Shown: piece by piece, positions 53,193 to 62,081 of the stretch | Layout: each line of letters begins with the position of its first letter | Numbering within the stretch: position 1 is the stretch's first letter | Assembly: GCA_041651575.1 (NCBI GenBank) | Contig: JBAZJB010000001.1 | Span: 639,286 to 703,285, forward strand | Reading direction: 5' to 3' | DNA from: Candidatus Nanoarchaeia archaeon | GTDB taxonomy: Archaea; Nanobdellota; Nanobdellia; SCGC-AAA011-G17; JAFCDX01 | Length of the DNA stretch: 64,000 bases | Position numbers and translations under genes: made by a program | Notes under the pieces: model-generated | The model's input: the letters and a program-made list of their open reading frames with translations, nothing else | Told to the model about the DNA's origin: nothing | The model's database searches: none

Positions 53193-53222
53193 GTTTATAA
53201 ATTATTCTTAATTTATTCAATC

Positions 53223-53534
53223 ATGGTAGAAGAACAACAGCCAGAAGTAAGAGTAAGAATTCCTAGGGGTAAAGAAGTTTTAGGTATTTTAGAACAGAGA
53301 CTTGGAGCTTCTAGAACTAGAATAAGATGTTTAGATGGTAAAACAAGAATATGTAGAATTCCTGGGAGATTAAAGAGATATTTATGGGTTAAAGAAGGAG
53401 ATATTGTATTAATAGAACCATGGGAAGATACTCCTGATAAAGGAGATATTATTTTCAAATATAATAGAAATCAAGTTGAAGTTTTAAAGAAAAAAGGATT
53501 CTTGAAAGAAGTAGAAGAATTCCAAGAATTTTAA
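53223..53534 (+). CDS. eif1a: translation initiation factor aIF1A
   Basis: S1-like OB: [34 protein letters not shown]. Confidence 0.9.
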   Translation: MVEEQQPEVRVRIPRGKEVLGILEQRLGASRTRIRCLDGKTRICRIPGRLKRYLWVKEGDIVLIEPWEDTPDKGDIIFKYNRNQVEVLKKKGFLKEVEEFQEF

Positions 53535-53535
53535 A

Positions 53536-54054
53536 ATGGAATTTATACAAGAAATTAAAGTGCCTGCAGAAAGAATAGCTGTTCTTATAGGGAAAAAAGG
53601 ATCTACAAAAAGAAAATTATGTAAGGAATTAAATATAAGAATAATTATTGATACAGAAGAACAGTTAGTTACTTTAAAAGGAGAAGATAATTTAAATCTA
53701 TTAGTTGGAAAACAAGTTGTTCAAGCAATTGCTCGTGGTTTTAATCCAGAAGTTGCACTTTCTTTATTAGACGATGAAAATTCTTGTGAAATTATTGATA
53801 TTACAGATTTTTCTGGAAATTCAAAACAAAAATTATTTAGATTAAGAGCAAGAGTTATAGGTAGAGAAGGGAAAGCAAGAGAAAATATAGAGCAACTTAC
53901 ACACACCCATATATCTATATTTGGAAAAACAGTAACAATTATAGGAAATCTTGACGATGTTCTTAAAGCAAAGCATGCAATTGAGACTTTATTAAGAGGA
54001 AGTAAGCATGCAACAGTATATTCTTGGTTAGAGAAGCAAGAAAAAAGTTTATAA
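53536..54054 (+). CDS. KH-domain RNA-binding protein (Dim2/Pno1-like)
   Basis: Two KH-like segments: IAVLIGKKGSTKRKL and VIGREGKARENIEQL. Confidence 0.72.
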   Translation: MEFIQEIKVPAERIAVLIGKKGSTKRKLCKELNIRIIIDTEEQLVTLKGEDNLNLLVGKQVVQAIARGFNPEVALSLLDDENSCEIIDITDFSGNSKQKLFRLRARVIGREGKARENIEQLTHTHISIFGKTVTIIGNLDDVLKAKHAIETLLRGSKHATVYSWLEKQEKSL

Positions 54055-54078
54055 ATAGATAATCAGGCATAAAAAAAG

Positions 54079-55668
54079 ATGAGTGAGAAAACAAAAGCCC
54101 ATGAAATGGCTGAAAAACAAAAAGAGATATCAATTTCAGAGTTTTTTACAAAGAATAGACATCTTTTAGGATTTGATAATCCAACAAGAGCATTATTAAT
54201 GGCTGTAAAAGAAGCAGTAGATAATTCTTTAGATGCTTGTGATGAAGCTACGATATTACCTGAATTAAATATAGAAATTAAGAAATTATCTGAAGAGAGA
54301 TTTATAGTTATAGTAGAAGATAATGGTCCTGGAATTTTAAAAGCTAACTTACCTAATGTTTTTGGTAAATTATTATACGGAAGCAAGTTCCATAGATACA
54401 GGCAATCAAGAGGACAACAAGGTATTGGTATTTCTGCCGTAGTTTTATATTCGCAGTTAACAACAGGAAAACCAATTAAAGTTATATCAAGAATTTCTGA
54501 AAAAAGGCCTGCGATGTACTATGAATTACATATTGATACTGCAAAGAATGAACCTAAGATTTTAAAAGAAAATGAAATAGAATGGAAAAAAGCTCATGGA
54601 ACTAAAATAGAGATAGAATTAGAAGGAAGATATCTAAAAGGAAAGCAATCTGTTGATGAATATATTAAACAAGTTGCTATTGTTAATCCTCACGCTCAAA
54701 TAACTTATATTGATCCTGATAAAGAAAAAATAAATTTTTCAAGAGCAACAGATAAATTACCAAAATTAGCAGAAGAAATAAAACCACATCCTCATGGATT
54801 AGAGTTAGGAACTTTAATGTCTATGTTGACTATTACAAAAGCAAGATCTGTTTCAGGATTTTTTACAGGAGATTTTTCAAGAGTTGGTCCTACAACTGCA
54901 AAGGAAATTTGTGACAAAGCTAAAGTTAAGGCAGATATTTCTCCAAAAACAGTAACTAGGGATCAAGCTGAGGCTTTATTAAAAGCAATCAAAGAAACAA
55001 AAATATCAGCACCATCAGCAGATTCTTTAAGTCCTATCGGCGCAGAATTATTAGAAAAAAGTTTAAGAAAAGAATTTAATGCAGAATATTTTGTAACAAC
55101 AACAAGACCTGCAGAAGTTTACAGAGGTTTTCCATTTATAATAGAAGCAGCAATTGCATTTGGTGGAGATCTGCCTAAAGAAGAACAAGTTAAATTATTA
55201 AGATTTGCAAATAGAGTTCCATTATTATATCAACAAGGAGCTTGTTCTGTAACAGAATCATTTACAGATACTAACTGGAAGCCTTATGGTTTAGAACAAA
55301 AAGGAGCTAATTTTCCATTTGGTCCTGCAGTAGTTATAGTTCATATTTCATCTGTATGGGTTCCTTTTACTTCAGAAGCAAAAGAAGCAGTTGCTCATTA
55401 TCCTGAAATCATTAAAGAAATAAAATTGGCATTGCAAGAATGCGGAAGAAAACTTGGAATTTATATAAGGAAACACGTAAGAGCAAATGAACAGAGAGAT
55501 AAAGTTGATTTATTTGAAAAGTATATTCCAGAATTAGCAAATTCATTATATAATTTATCCGGAGAATCTAAAACTAAATTAGAAGAAAATTTAAGAAAAA
55601 TATTAAAGAAAAATATGAAAGATATACTTGGAGAAATAGAAGATGGCGGAGAAAAAGATAAAAGCTGA
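54079..55668 (+). CDS. top6B: DNA topoisomerase VI subunit B
   Basis: GHKL ATPase: VKEAVDNSLDA, VEDNGPGI, GQQGIGIS. Confidence 0.92.
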   Translation: MSEKTKAHEMAEKQKEISISEFFTKNRHLLGFDNPTRALLMAVKEAVDNSLDACDEATILPELNIEIKKLSEERFIVIVEDNGPGILKANLPNVFGKLLYGSKFHRYRQSRGQQGIGISAVVLYSQLTTGKPIKVISRISEKRPAMYYELHIDTAKNEPKILKENEIEWKKAHGTKIEIELEGRYLKGKQSVDEYIKQVAIVNPHAQITYIDPDKEKINFSRATDKLPKLAEEIKPHPHGLELGTLMSMLTITKARSVSGFFTGDFSRVGPTTAKEICDKAKVKADISPKTVTRDQAEALLKAIKETKISAPSADSLSPIGAELLEKSLRKEFNAEYFVTTTRPAEVYRGFPFIIEAAIAFGGDLPKEEQVKLLRFANRVPLLYQQGACSVTESFTDTNWKPYGLEQKGANFPFGPAVVIVHISSVWVPFTSEAKEAVAHYPEIIKEIKLALQECGRKLGIYIRKHVRANEQRDKVDLFEKYIPELANSLYNLSGESKTKLEENLRKILKKNMKDILGEIEDGGEKDKS

Positions 55669-56731
55669 TAAAGCATTAAAGGATTTTGGAGACGAGATTG
55701 TCACTCAAGTAAATAAAGGCAAGAATCCAGAATTAGTTTTTACTTTAAGAGGTTTATCTAATATTGTCTTTGATCAAAAAGCAAGATCTTTAAGATTAGG
55801 AGATAAAACCGCATCAAGAGCATTTTTTAATGTAGCACATACAAAAAAATTCTTACAAACTGTTGAAGTAGCCTCTATTTCTAAAGATTTAATAAAAGAA
55901 GATAAACACGCTAGCTTAAGAGACGCATTTTACCAAATTAAAAGAACTCTTCCAGGAACAAAAATAAATATTGTTGATGAACAGACAGAATCCGATAAAG
56001 CAATAGAAGATTTAGAAGTTATTACTGGGGTTTCAAGAGAACAATTACATTTCAATGCAAATAAAAATGGTTCTATTGCAGGAAAAGTTGTTATTTTGGA
56101 TAAAGGAGATACAATTGATTGGTCTAAATTAGGTTCAGGAGGATGGAGTATTCCTTCAAATGTAGAAGATATAACTTTTAAAAAAGTAAATGCAAAATAT
56201 ATTCTTTACATGGAAAAAGCAGCAGTATGGGAAAGATTGCACGAAGATAAATATTGGGACAAACAAAATTGTATAATTATTTCTTCACAAGGTCAAACAA
56301 CAAGAGGAATAAGAAGATTATTACAAAGATTATCAGAAGAACATAAATTACCAATTTATATTTTAACAGATTATGATCCTTGGGGATTTTACATTTATTC
56401 AGTTATAAAATATGGTTCAATTGCTCTAGCTCATTTAGGTGCTAGCATGACAATACCAAATGTTAAATTTTTAGGAATAACTGCACAAGATATTGAAAAA
56501 TATGGTCTTCAAAAACACTTAATTAAATTAAATGAAAATGATATTTCAAGAATAAAACAAATAATGGATTATGAGTGGTTTAAAGATAATAAAGTATGGC
56601 AATCTCAATTCAAAGAAATGAAAAAACTTGGTTCTAAGGCAGAAATTCAAGCTTTAAGTTCTAGAGGAATAAGTTTTATTTCTGATAAATATCTGCCTGA
56701 AAAGATAAAGAATAAAGACTTTATTGATTAA
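55643..56731 (+). CDS. top6A: DNA topoisomerase VI subunit A (Spo11-like)
   Basis: LRDAFYQIK region and Toprim ILYMEKAAVWERL...LTDYDPWG. 26-nt overlap with top6B. Confidence 0.92.
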   Translation: MAEKKIKADKALKDFGDEIVTQVNKGKNPELVFTLRGLSNIVFDQKARSLRLGDKTASRAFFNVAHTKKFLQTVEVASISKDLIKEDKHASLRDAFYQIKRTLPGTKINIVDEQTESDKAIEDLEVITGVSREQLHFNANKNGSIAGKVVILDKGDTIDWSKLGSGGWSIPSNVEDITFKKVNAKYILYMEKAAVWERLHEDKYWDKQNCIIISSQGQTTRGIRRLLQRLSEEHKLPIYILTDYDPWGFYIYSVIKYGSIALAHLGASMTIPNVKFLGITAQDIEKYGLQKHLIKLNENDISRIKQIMDYEWFKDNKVWQSQFKEMKKLGSKAEIQALSSRGISFISDKYLPEKIKNKDFID

Positions 56732-57805
56732 ATTTAAAGATATTTAAACTAGAATCTCCTTGATTTACTACCCATACTTCTTTTGTTTTATCATTGTAGG
56801 ATATTCCAACAGGGTGATAAGAAGATTTTACTTTTTCAATAACTTTCCATTGTTTTGTATCTACTAAAGCAACTTGATTATTACTAAAAGAATCTGCAAA
56901 AATATAATCAAAATTTTTATCAGCACTTATACTTCTTACTTGTCCGCCAATATATAATTCTTTTAATTTATTATTTTTTATATCTAATCTTCTTAGATAA
57001 CCATCTCCATGAAAACTTATGTATAAAAATTGATTATCTGGACTAATTAAAAGATGTCTCGGATTAGTACCTATTCTTTCTAAAGTATTTAAATTTTTAA
57101 TATTATATGGATCAAAACAAGTTAAAGAATTCCCAGAAAAATTAGCTACAAATCCTAATTTTGAATCAGAAGTGTAAGCAATTCCTCTTGGAACAGAACC
57201 TACTTTAATAGAACCATAATTTTTTCCAGTTTCAGAATCAATTACTGAAATAGAAGCTGAATGCCAATTAGCAACACATACTCTTTCTTGATTAGGGGTT
57301 GCTCTTAATATTTTTGGAGTCATTTCGGTTTTAATAAAAGGAATTTCTAAATTTTTTATATTTTTATTTAATTTATCTTCTATAGAAACTTTTTTAATTC
57401 TATTTTGATATTTTAATTCTAATGGATTATGATTTGTATCTTGAACAGTTATTCCAAAGGCATTGTGTAAAGATGTCCATAATCTTTTTCCATTATGCGT
57501 AAACAAGTTTCTACTGGTTTTTCTTCAAAAGAGTTATAGTTTCCTCTTGTTTTATTTGTAAATGTTCTTTGATATTTAATTATAGTTTCAAGGGAATAAT
57601 CTTTTGTATTAAATACATAAATAGAACCATCTTCCAAATTATTTATATAGGCTTTAGTTTTTTCTGGATTGAATTCAACTGATTTAGGAGAAGAATTTGT
57701 ATTAATCCTTTTAACTAATGTTAAATTTACATTTTCATAACCTTTCATTTTATGTGGAATTGTTGAAAGTAGGGCTAGTTCCAGGAATTGTCTTCTATTT
57801 ACCAT
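56721..57805 (-). pseudogene. YVTN-type beta-propeller protein with Tat-like signal, split by a frame change
   Basis: The two overlapping minus-strand ORFs, 57449-57805 (MVNRRQFLELALL...) and 56721-57506, carry the same repeat type (DGSIYVFN / NGKRLWTS / SDSKLGFVAN / PDNQFLYIS). The downstream frame is open only from 57524, so the shift lies in 57449-57524. Adding one A to the A5 run (plus-strand T5 at 57518-57522) fuses them. Confidence 0.6.
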
Positions 57806-57900
57806 ACGAAAGGGGTAAAAATAGAATTTATATACCTTTTTATTTAAATCGCTTTGGATATAGAAATGTTTTTAAATGAAGTATAAGTCTTTTAAGTCAT

Positions 57901-57973
57901 GCCTCAGTAGCTCAGCAGGTAGAGCTCTTGACTGTTAATCAAGAGGTCGAAGGTTCGAGTCCTTCCTGAGGCG
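57901..57973 (+). tRNA. tRNA-Asn (GTT)
   Basis: Cloverleaf by hand. Acceptor GCCTCAG/CTGAGGC, D stem GCTC/GAGC, anticodon stem CTTGA/TCAAG with loop CTGTTAA, T arm GAAGG-TTCGAGT-CCTTC. No encoded CCA. TATA box about 25 nt upstream. Confidence 0.9.
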
Positions 57974-58080
57974 CTTTTCTTTTTATTTAAAATATATTCT
58001 ACAAAATATATATTCTAACAAATTGCAACTTGCAAAGTGTGCGCGCCAGATTTATAAAGTAAATTTACTTAAATGAGAAG

Positions 58081-58866
58081 ATGAGGTTTGATTTATCTAA
58101 AGTTTCTTATAGTAAAAAAGATTTAAAAGAAAATGTAAAAATTCCTAAAAAATTGGATAAAGATTTGGCTTATTTTTTAGGTATACATTATGGAGACGGA
58201 ACTTTAGGATTTTATAAAAGGTATTACTATTACATTGGTTATAGTGGTCATCTTAACGACGAATATATTTTTTATACACTTTATTTTAAAAGATTATTTA
58301 AAAAATTATTTAATAAGAATTTAAGAATCTTTGAAGATTTAAGAGAAAATAAAGAGAGCATAAAATTAAATACTCAATCTAAAGCTATTTTTACTTTTTT
58401 AAATAAGGTTATTGGAGTAAAATATGGGCCTAAAATAAATGTAAAAGTTCCAAAGGTTTTGAAAAATTCGAGATATTTAAGTTATTTTATAAGAGGAATT
58501 GCTGATACAGATTTTTCTATAAGTTTTAAAAATAAAGATTCATATAAACATTCTTATCCAGTTATAAGTTTTTGTACAAAAGATAAACTTTTAGTTAAAG
58601 AATTAAATATTTTATTAAAAAAATTTGGTTTTAATACTTTTGTTTTATATGATTATCCAAAAAAGAGATACAAAAAAGTTTATATTTCTAATTTATTACA
58701 AATTAATGGGAAAGAGCAATTACAAAAATGGATGGACTTAATAGGATTTAATTCTCCAAAACATCTTACTAAATATGAAATATGGAAAAAATATGGTTTT
58801 TGCCCACCACATACCACTTTAAATGAAAGAATTAAAATTTTAAAAGAAGGAATAAATAATTCTTAA
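58081..58866 (+). CDS. free-standing double-motif LAGLIDADG homing-endonuclease-like protein
   Basis: LAYFLGIHYGDGTL and LSYFIRGIADTDFSI are two LAGLIDADG motifs. 261 aa. Not embedded in an intron or intein. Confidence 0.68.
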   Translation: MRFDLSKVSYSKKDLKENVKIPKKLDKDLAYFLGIHYGDGTLGFYKRYYYYIGYSGHLNDEYIFYTLYFKRLFKKLFNKNLRIFEDLRENKESIKLNTQSKAIFTFLNKVIGVKYGPKINVKVPKVLKNSRYLSYFIRGIADTDFSISFKNKDSYKHSYPVISFCTKDKLLVKELNILLKKFGFNTFVLYDYPKKRYKKVYISNLLQINGKEQLQKWMDLIGFNSPKHLTKYEIWKKYGFCPPHTTLNERIKILKEGINNS

Positions 58867-59876
58867 ATCTGCGCTTTTAATAAATATTCTCTTATAGCTT
58901 TAGCTTTTTTATTTCCTATAGATTTGATAGCAGCTAATTCTTCTTCTTGGGCAGAAATCAATTCTTTTAAACTTGGGAAAGTTTCCATTAATATTTTTAT
59001 GTTTTCTTCTGTTAATATAGGAATATTTTTCAATATTCTATACCCTTTAGGTATTAATGTATCTTCTTTTTTTCTATTATCTAAGAATATTTTAAAAATG
59101 TTTTCTTTAACTACAATTTCATCACGTTTTAAGTCTTTTAATTCTTCAATTATTTTATCAAAATTAAAATAATCATGATAATCTGCCATAATTGCTGCTA
59201 ATTCTGCATGAACATAAGTTATAATTTCTTTTAATTGTAATTCTGTTAATTCTCCTTCATCACCTAATTCACTTAAATAAACAGAGATTATATCTGCAAC
59301 AGAATCCATTATTTTTTCTCTTTGGAATATAGAAGCAAGGTCTTCTAATGTAACCATTTCTAATAATTCAAAAGTATCAAACTTTTTTATTAAAACTTTA
59401 AATAATTCTCTGTGTTTTTCAATAATTCTTAGTGCTTCTCCAGTCTTTGTGAATATTTTACCTAAATTATTTAATTTTAATTTACCGCTTCCATGATATA
59501 TCATTGCAGTTCCTGTTTTTGCAGAAATAGCAAGAACCATTGTATCTAATTGTTTTGCAGTTCTTTCTGCTGCTTGATGTCTTGTACCTGTTTCCGTGCT
59601 AGGAATTTTTATACTTGGATTTAATAAGACATTAGCACTAATAATTTTTTGTAATTTATGATCTACCAATATTGCTCCGTCTAATTTTGCTAATTCTGCA
59701 AGTCTTTCTTCAGAAAAATCTTCATTAATTTTAAAACCACCAACACTTATTTTTTTAATACCCTTATCTTTAACAAAAACAACTAAAACTCCACGATTAG
59801 CATTAGTTATTTTTTCTATTGCATTTCTTATAGCACTACCATAACTAAAATGAGTAAATATTTCTTTTTTTTCCAT
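58863..59876 (-). CDS. disA: DisA-like diadenylate cyclase (DAC domain + linker + HhH)
   Basis: LDGAILVD...TGTRHQAAERTAKQLDTMVLAISAKTGTAMIY is the DAC pattern. C-terminal HhH: EELAAIKSIGNKKAKAIREYL. Confidence 0.85.
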   Translation of the reverse strand: MEKKEIFTHFSYGSAIRNAIEKITNANRGVLVVFVKDKGIKKISVGGFKINEDFSEERLAELAKLDGAILVDHKLQKIISANVLLNPSIKIPSTETGTRHQAAERTAKQLDTMVLAISAKTGTAMIYHGSGKLKLNNLGKIFTKTGEALRIIEKHRELFKVLIKKFDTFELLEMVTLEDLASIFQREKIMDSVADIISVYLSELGDEGELTELQLKEIITYVHAELAAIMADYHDYFNFDKIIEELKDLKRDEIVVKENIFKIFLDNRKKEDTLIPKGYRILKNIPILTEENIKILMETFPSLKELISAQEEELAAIKSIGNKKAKAIREYLLKAQI

Positions 59877-59918
59877 TTTTATTTAAAATTTTACGGTGGT
59901 TGTTAACTGCCCCTTCTT

Positions 59919-60587
59919 TTAAATCTTTCTCTTTTTATGATGAGAAGGCCTTTCAAAGAAGACAATTATTTTTACTACATGTTGATATAATTTTACAAAG
60001 AAAGATTCTTCTTTTTTTACTACTTTCTTTTCTTCTTTTTCTATAAATTTAATATCTTTTTTAAATTCTTTTTTTGTATCTTTATCTGTTAAATGTAAAA
60101 ATCTTGGAGCCCTTGCGAAAGGTCTTAAAAATCTTGCAAATCTTTCTGTTCTTGATAATTTTCCTGCTGCTTCTGCTTCTTTAATTAATTTAGCTGTACC
60201 TTCTTCTATTATTATAACTTCTTTACCTATCTCTGTTCCAGCATGAACTACTTTTTGTGCAGGAGTAAAATACTCACTTACTACAGTAATTAATTCTCCA
60301 ATTCCTTCTAAAGCTCTAAAAACTAAGAAAAATGGGAATATTGCTAGTATATCTAACCAATATTTTTTTAGGAATTTTGGAATATTCCTTACTCTGAACC
60401 ATTTAAAAGTTAAATCTATAACAAATAAACCTATTATACCCCAATCTGCTATTGTTACAAAAGTTAAATAAGGATGTATTTGTTCTTTATAGAATAATTC
60501 TCCAATGATTAAACCTATTAAAACAATTAAAGAAATAGGGATTAATTTATCTACCCAATGTTCTAATTTATGTAGCCACCTCTGCAT
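59919..60587 (-). CDS. membrane protein with ion-transport / voltage-sensor-like N-terminal TM bundle, no pore motif seen
   Basis: Three TM segments, including YWLDILAIFPFFLVF. Later a periodic arginine segment ERFARFLRPFARAPRFL. No GYG-type selectivity filter. Confidence 0.35.
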   Translation of the reverse strand: MQRWLHKLEHWVDKLIPISLIVLIGLIIGELFYKEQIHPYLTFVTIADWGIIGLFVIDLTFKWFRVRNIPKFLKKYWLDILAIFPFFLVFRALEGIGELITVVSEYFTPAQKVVHAGTEIGKEVIIIEEGTAKLIKEAEAAGKLSRTERFARFLRPFARAPRFLHLTDKDTKKEFKKDIKFIEKEEKKVVKKEESFFVKLYQHVVKIIVFFERPSHHKKRKI

Positions 60588-60667
60588 AAGATAGTTAAAA
60601 TTTAATATTATTTAAACTTTATCAATTCAAAAACCTTATAAATTATCTTTTAACTTTATAATTCAAT

Positions 60668-60741
60668 GAGCCCGTGGCGCAGCCTGGTAGCGCACTACTC
60701 TGATAAGGTAGGGGTCCGGAGTTCAAATCTCCGCGGGCTCA
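60668..60741 (+). tRNA. tRNA-Ile (GAT)
   Basis: Acceptor GAGCCCG/CGGGCTC, D stem GCGC/GCGC, anticodon stem CTACT/GGTAG with loop CTGATAA, T arm CGGAG-TTCAAAT-CTCCG. Confidence 0.9.
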
Positions 60742-60843
60742 CTTTATTATTAAACGACCATAAATATATTTATAAACCTAAAAGTCTATATTTTTATAGC
60801 CTTTGAGAATCATTTTTCTCATAAATTAAAAGGAGGGAAATAT

Positions 60844-61014
60844 ATGGCAAAACTAACAGCTTGGTTAGTAACTATAATTGGTTTATGGTTATTATTAGCA
60901 CAACTAAATGTGTTACCTGCTTCTTTACTTGCTTTGCAAGGTTGGATTATAGCAATTGTAGTAACCGTTATAGGTGTAGCTAAACTTATAAGAAATTATA
61001 AGTTAATGAAATAA
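60844..61014 (+). CDS. 56-aa two-TM hydrophobic peptide (below the track length cutoff)
   Basis: AGGAGGGAAATAT-ATG Shine-Dalgarno. Translation MAKLTAWLVTIIGLWLLLAQLNVLPASLLALQGWIIAIVVTVIGVAKLIRNYKLMK. Confidence 0.4.
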   Translation: MAKLTAWLVTIIGLWLLLAQLNVLPASLLALQGWIIAIVVTVIGVAKLIRNYKLMK

Positions 61015-61018
61015 GAAA

Positions 61019-61201
61019 ATGGCAAAAGAAATAGGGATGTGCAAACATTCTAAACCAATGATTGTAGTTGGTGGACTAATTTTAATAGCAATTGGTCTTT
61101 GGGCTTGGATTAAACAACCAACCATAGTACAATTATTTGCTGTTTTAATAATTTTGATGGGACTACACAAATTAATGTGGGCATCAAAATGTTGTAAATA
61201 A
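61019..61201 (+). CDS. 60-aa two-TM hydrophobic peptide with C-terminal KCCK
   Basis: MAKEIGMCKHSKPMIVVGGLILIAIGLWAWIK...LIILMGLHKLMWASKCCK. Tandem to the previous small ORF and shares its MAK start and IGLW motif. Confidence 0.42.
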   Translation: MAKEIGMCKHSKPMIVVGGLILIAIGLWAWIKQPTIVQLFAVLIILMGLHKLMWASKCCK

Positions 61202-61219
61202 ATTTATTTTTTTCTTTTT

Positions 61220-61957
61220 TTATTTACTAATTTTCCATAGAAATTGGAAATATTGCTTAAAACTCTCTGCAATTCTTTGATTTTTAATCATAAATACGAA
61301 AGGTTTTTCTTCCCATAAGAAAATATAAACATAATCCTCAAAAATATCTATAGCTGAAGGACTGATATAACCTTTAGGCATATATTTTACTTCAGTATAC
61401 TTTTCTTTTTCTCTATCTTTTCCTAAATTATCTTTAACAGCGCTATCTAATAATATTTTTAATTTTTGTTTTTTCTGTGCACTTTTAAGATTCATATTCT
61501 TTAAAAATAATCTCAATGATTCTTCTTTGTATAATTGCTCTGAAAAACCTATGATGAAAATTTCTTCGTTATTTGGGCAATCTTCTATTATTCTTCTAAA
61601 TGCAGTCTTAAAACCTTCAAAATCTTCATAAACTGCAGTAGTTGTTCCTGATTTTTTTAAATTTTTTAAATTGGCTAATTCTGGAATTAAAGATTGTATT
61701 TTCTTTTTACGTTCTTCTTCTTTTTCTATGAATATTTTTGGATCAGAAGCCTGGAAATGCTTTCCGTCTTTTTGAATATTGTAAGAAACTAAACCTTTAG
61801 AGATTAATGAGTTTAAAGATTCATAAACTCTAGAATTAGAAATACCTGTTTCTTTTATAATTAAACCAGTAGTAGTTTCTCCATTTTTTAATAAAAATAA
61901 ATAGATTGAAATTTCATTTTTAGTTAATCCGAGCTCTTCTAAAACCTTTATTTCCAT
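61220..61957 (-). CDS. TrmB-family transcriptional regulator
   Basis: LEELGLTKNEISIYLFLLKNGETTTGLIIKETGISNSRVYESLNSLISKGLVSY is the typical TrmB wHTH. Confidence 0.75.
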   Translation of the reverse strand: MEIKVLEELGLTKNEISIYLFLLKNGETTTGLIIKETGISNSRVYESLNSLISKGLVSYNIQKDGKHFQASDPKIFIEKEEERKKKIQSLIPELANLKNLKKSGTTTAVYEDFEGFKTAFRRIIEDCPNNEEIFIIGFSEQLYKEESLRLFLKNMNLKSAQKKQKLKILLDSAVKDNLGKDREKEKYTEVKYMPKGYISPSAIDIFEDYVYIFLWEEKPFVFMIKNQRIAESFKQYFQFLWKISK

Positions 61958-62081
61958 GGTTTTTCTATAAGTTTTATTCTTATAAATGTTTCTCCTCTTT
62001 GGGAGAAATAAGATATAAATATACTTTAATTGTTATTACTTTTAAGTTGTTATAAAACAACTAAACAAGGAGGAAAATAAA

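Noticed and set aside
58021-58060. GC-rich patch and TTGCAACTTGCAA near-palindrome upstream of the LAGLIDADG gene as an RNA gene
   Set aside because: It is too short, has no stem-loop of note and no terminator. It sits directly on the BRE/TATA region (GATTTATAAAG) of the downstream gene.
671-59172. Many track ORFs lie antisense to or inside clear genes. Examples: 671-883, 874-1185, 1452-1736, 8137-8361, 8992-9186, 9477-9695, 10080-10388, 10479-11225, 11113-11427, 12249-12665, 18342-18572, 18935-19219, 20155-20358, 21036-21404, 22000-22188, 26967-27188, 29983-30219, 32740-32949, 35385-35567, 36026-36247, 37516-37698, 38003-38242, 38902-39090, 40354-40542, 40825-41067, 43143-43367, 45496-45816, 46582-46770, 48267-48461, 50378-50593, 53213-53458, 53721-53906, 54063-54386, 55461-55676, 58924-59172.
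   Set aside because: Each lies opposite a gene with strong family motifs. Their translations are low-complexity, F/L/I/S-rich sequences typical of the antisense frames of AT-rich coding DNA. No promoter or SD context was seen.
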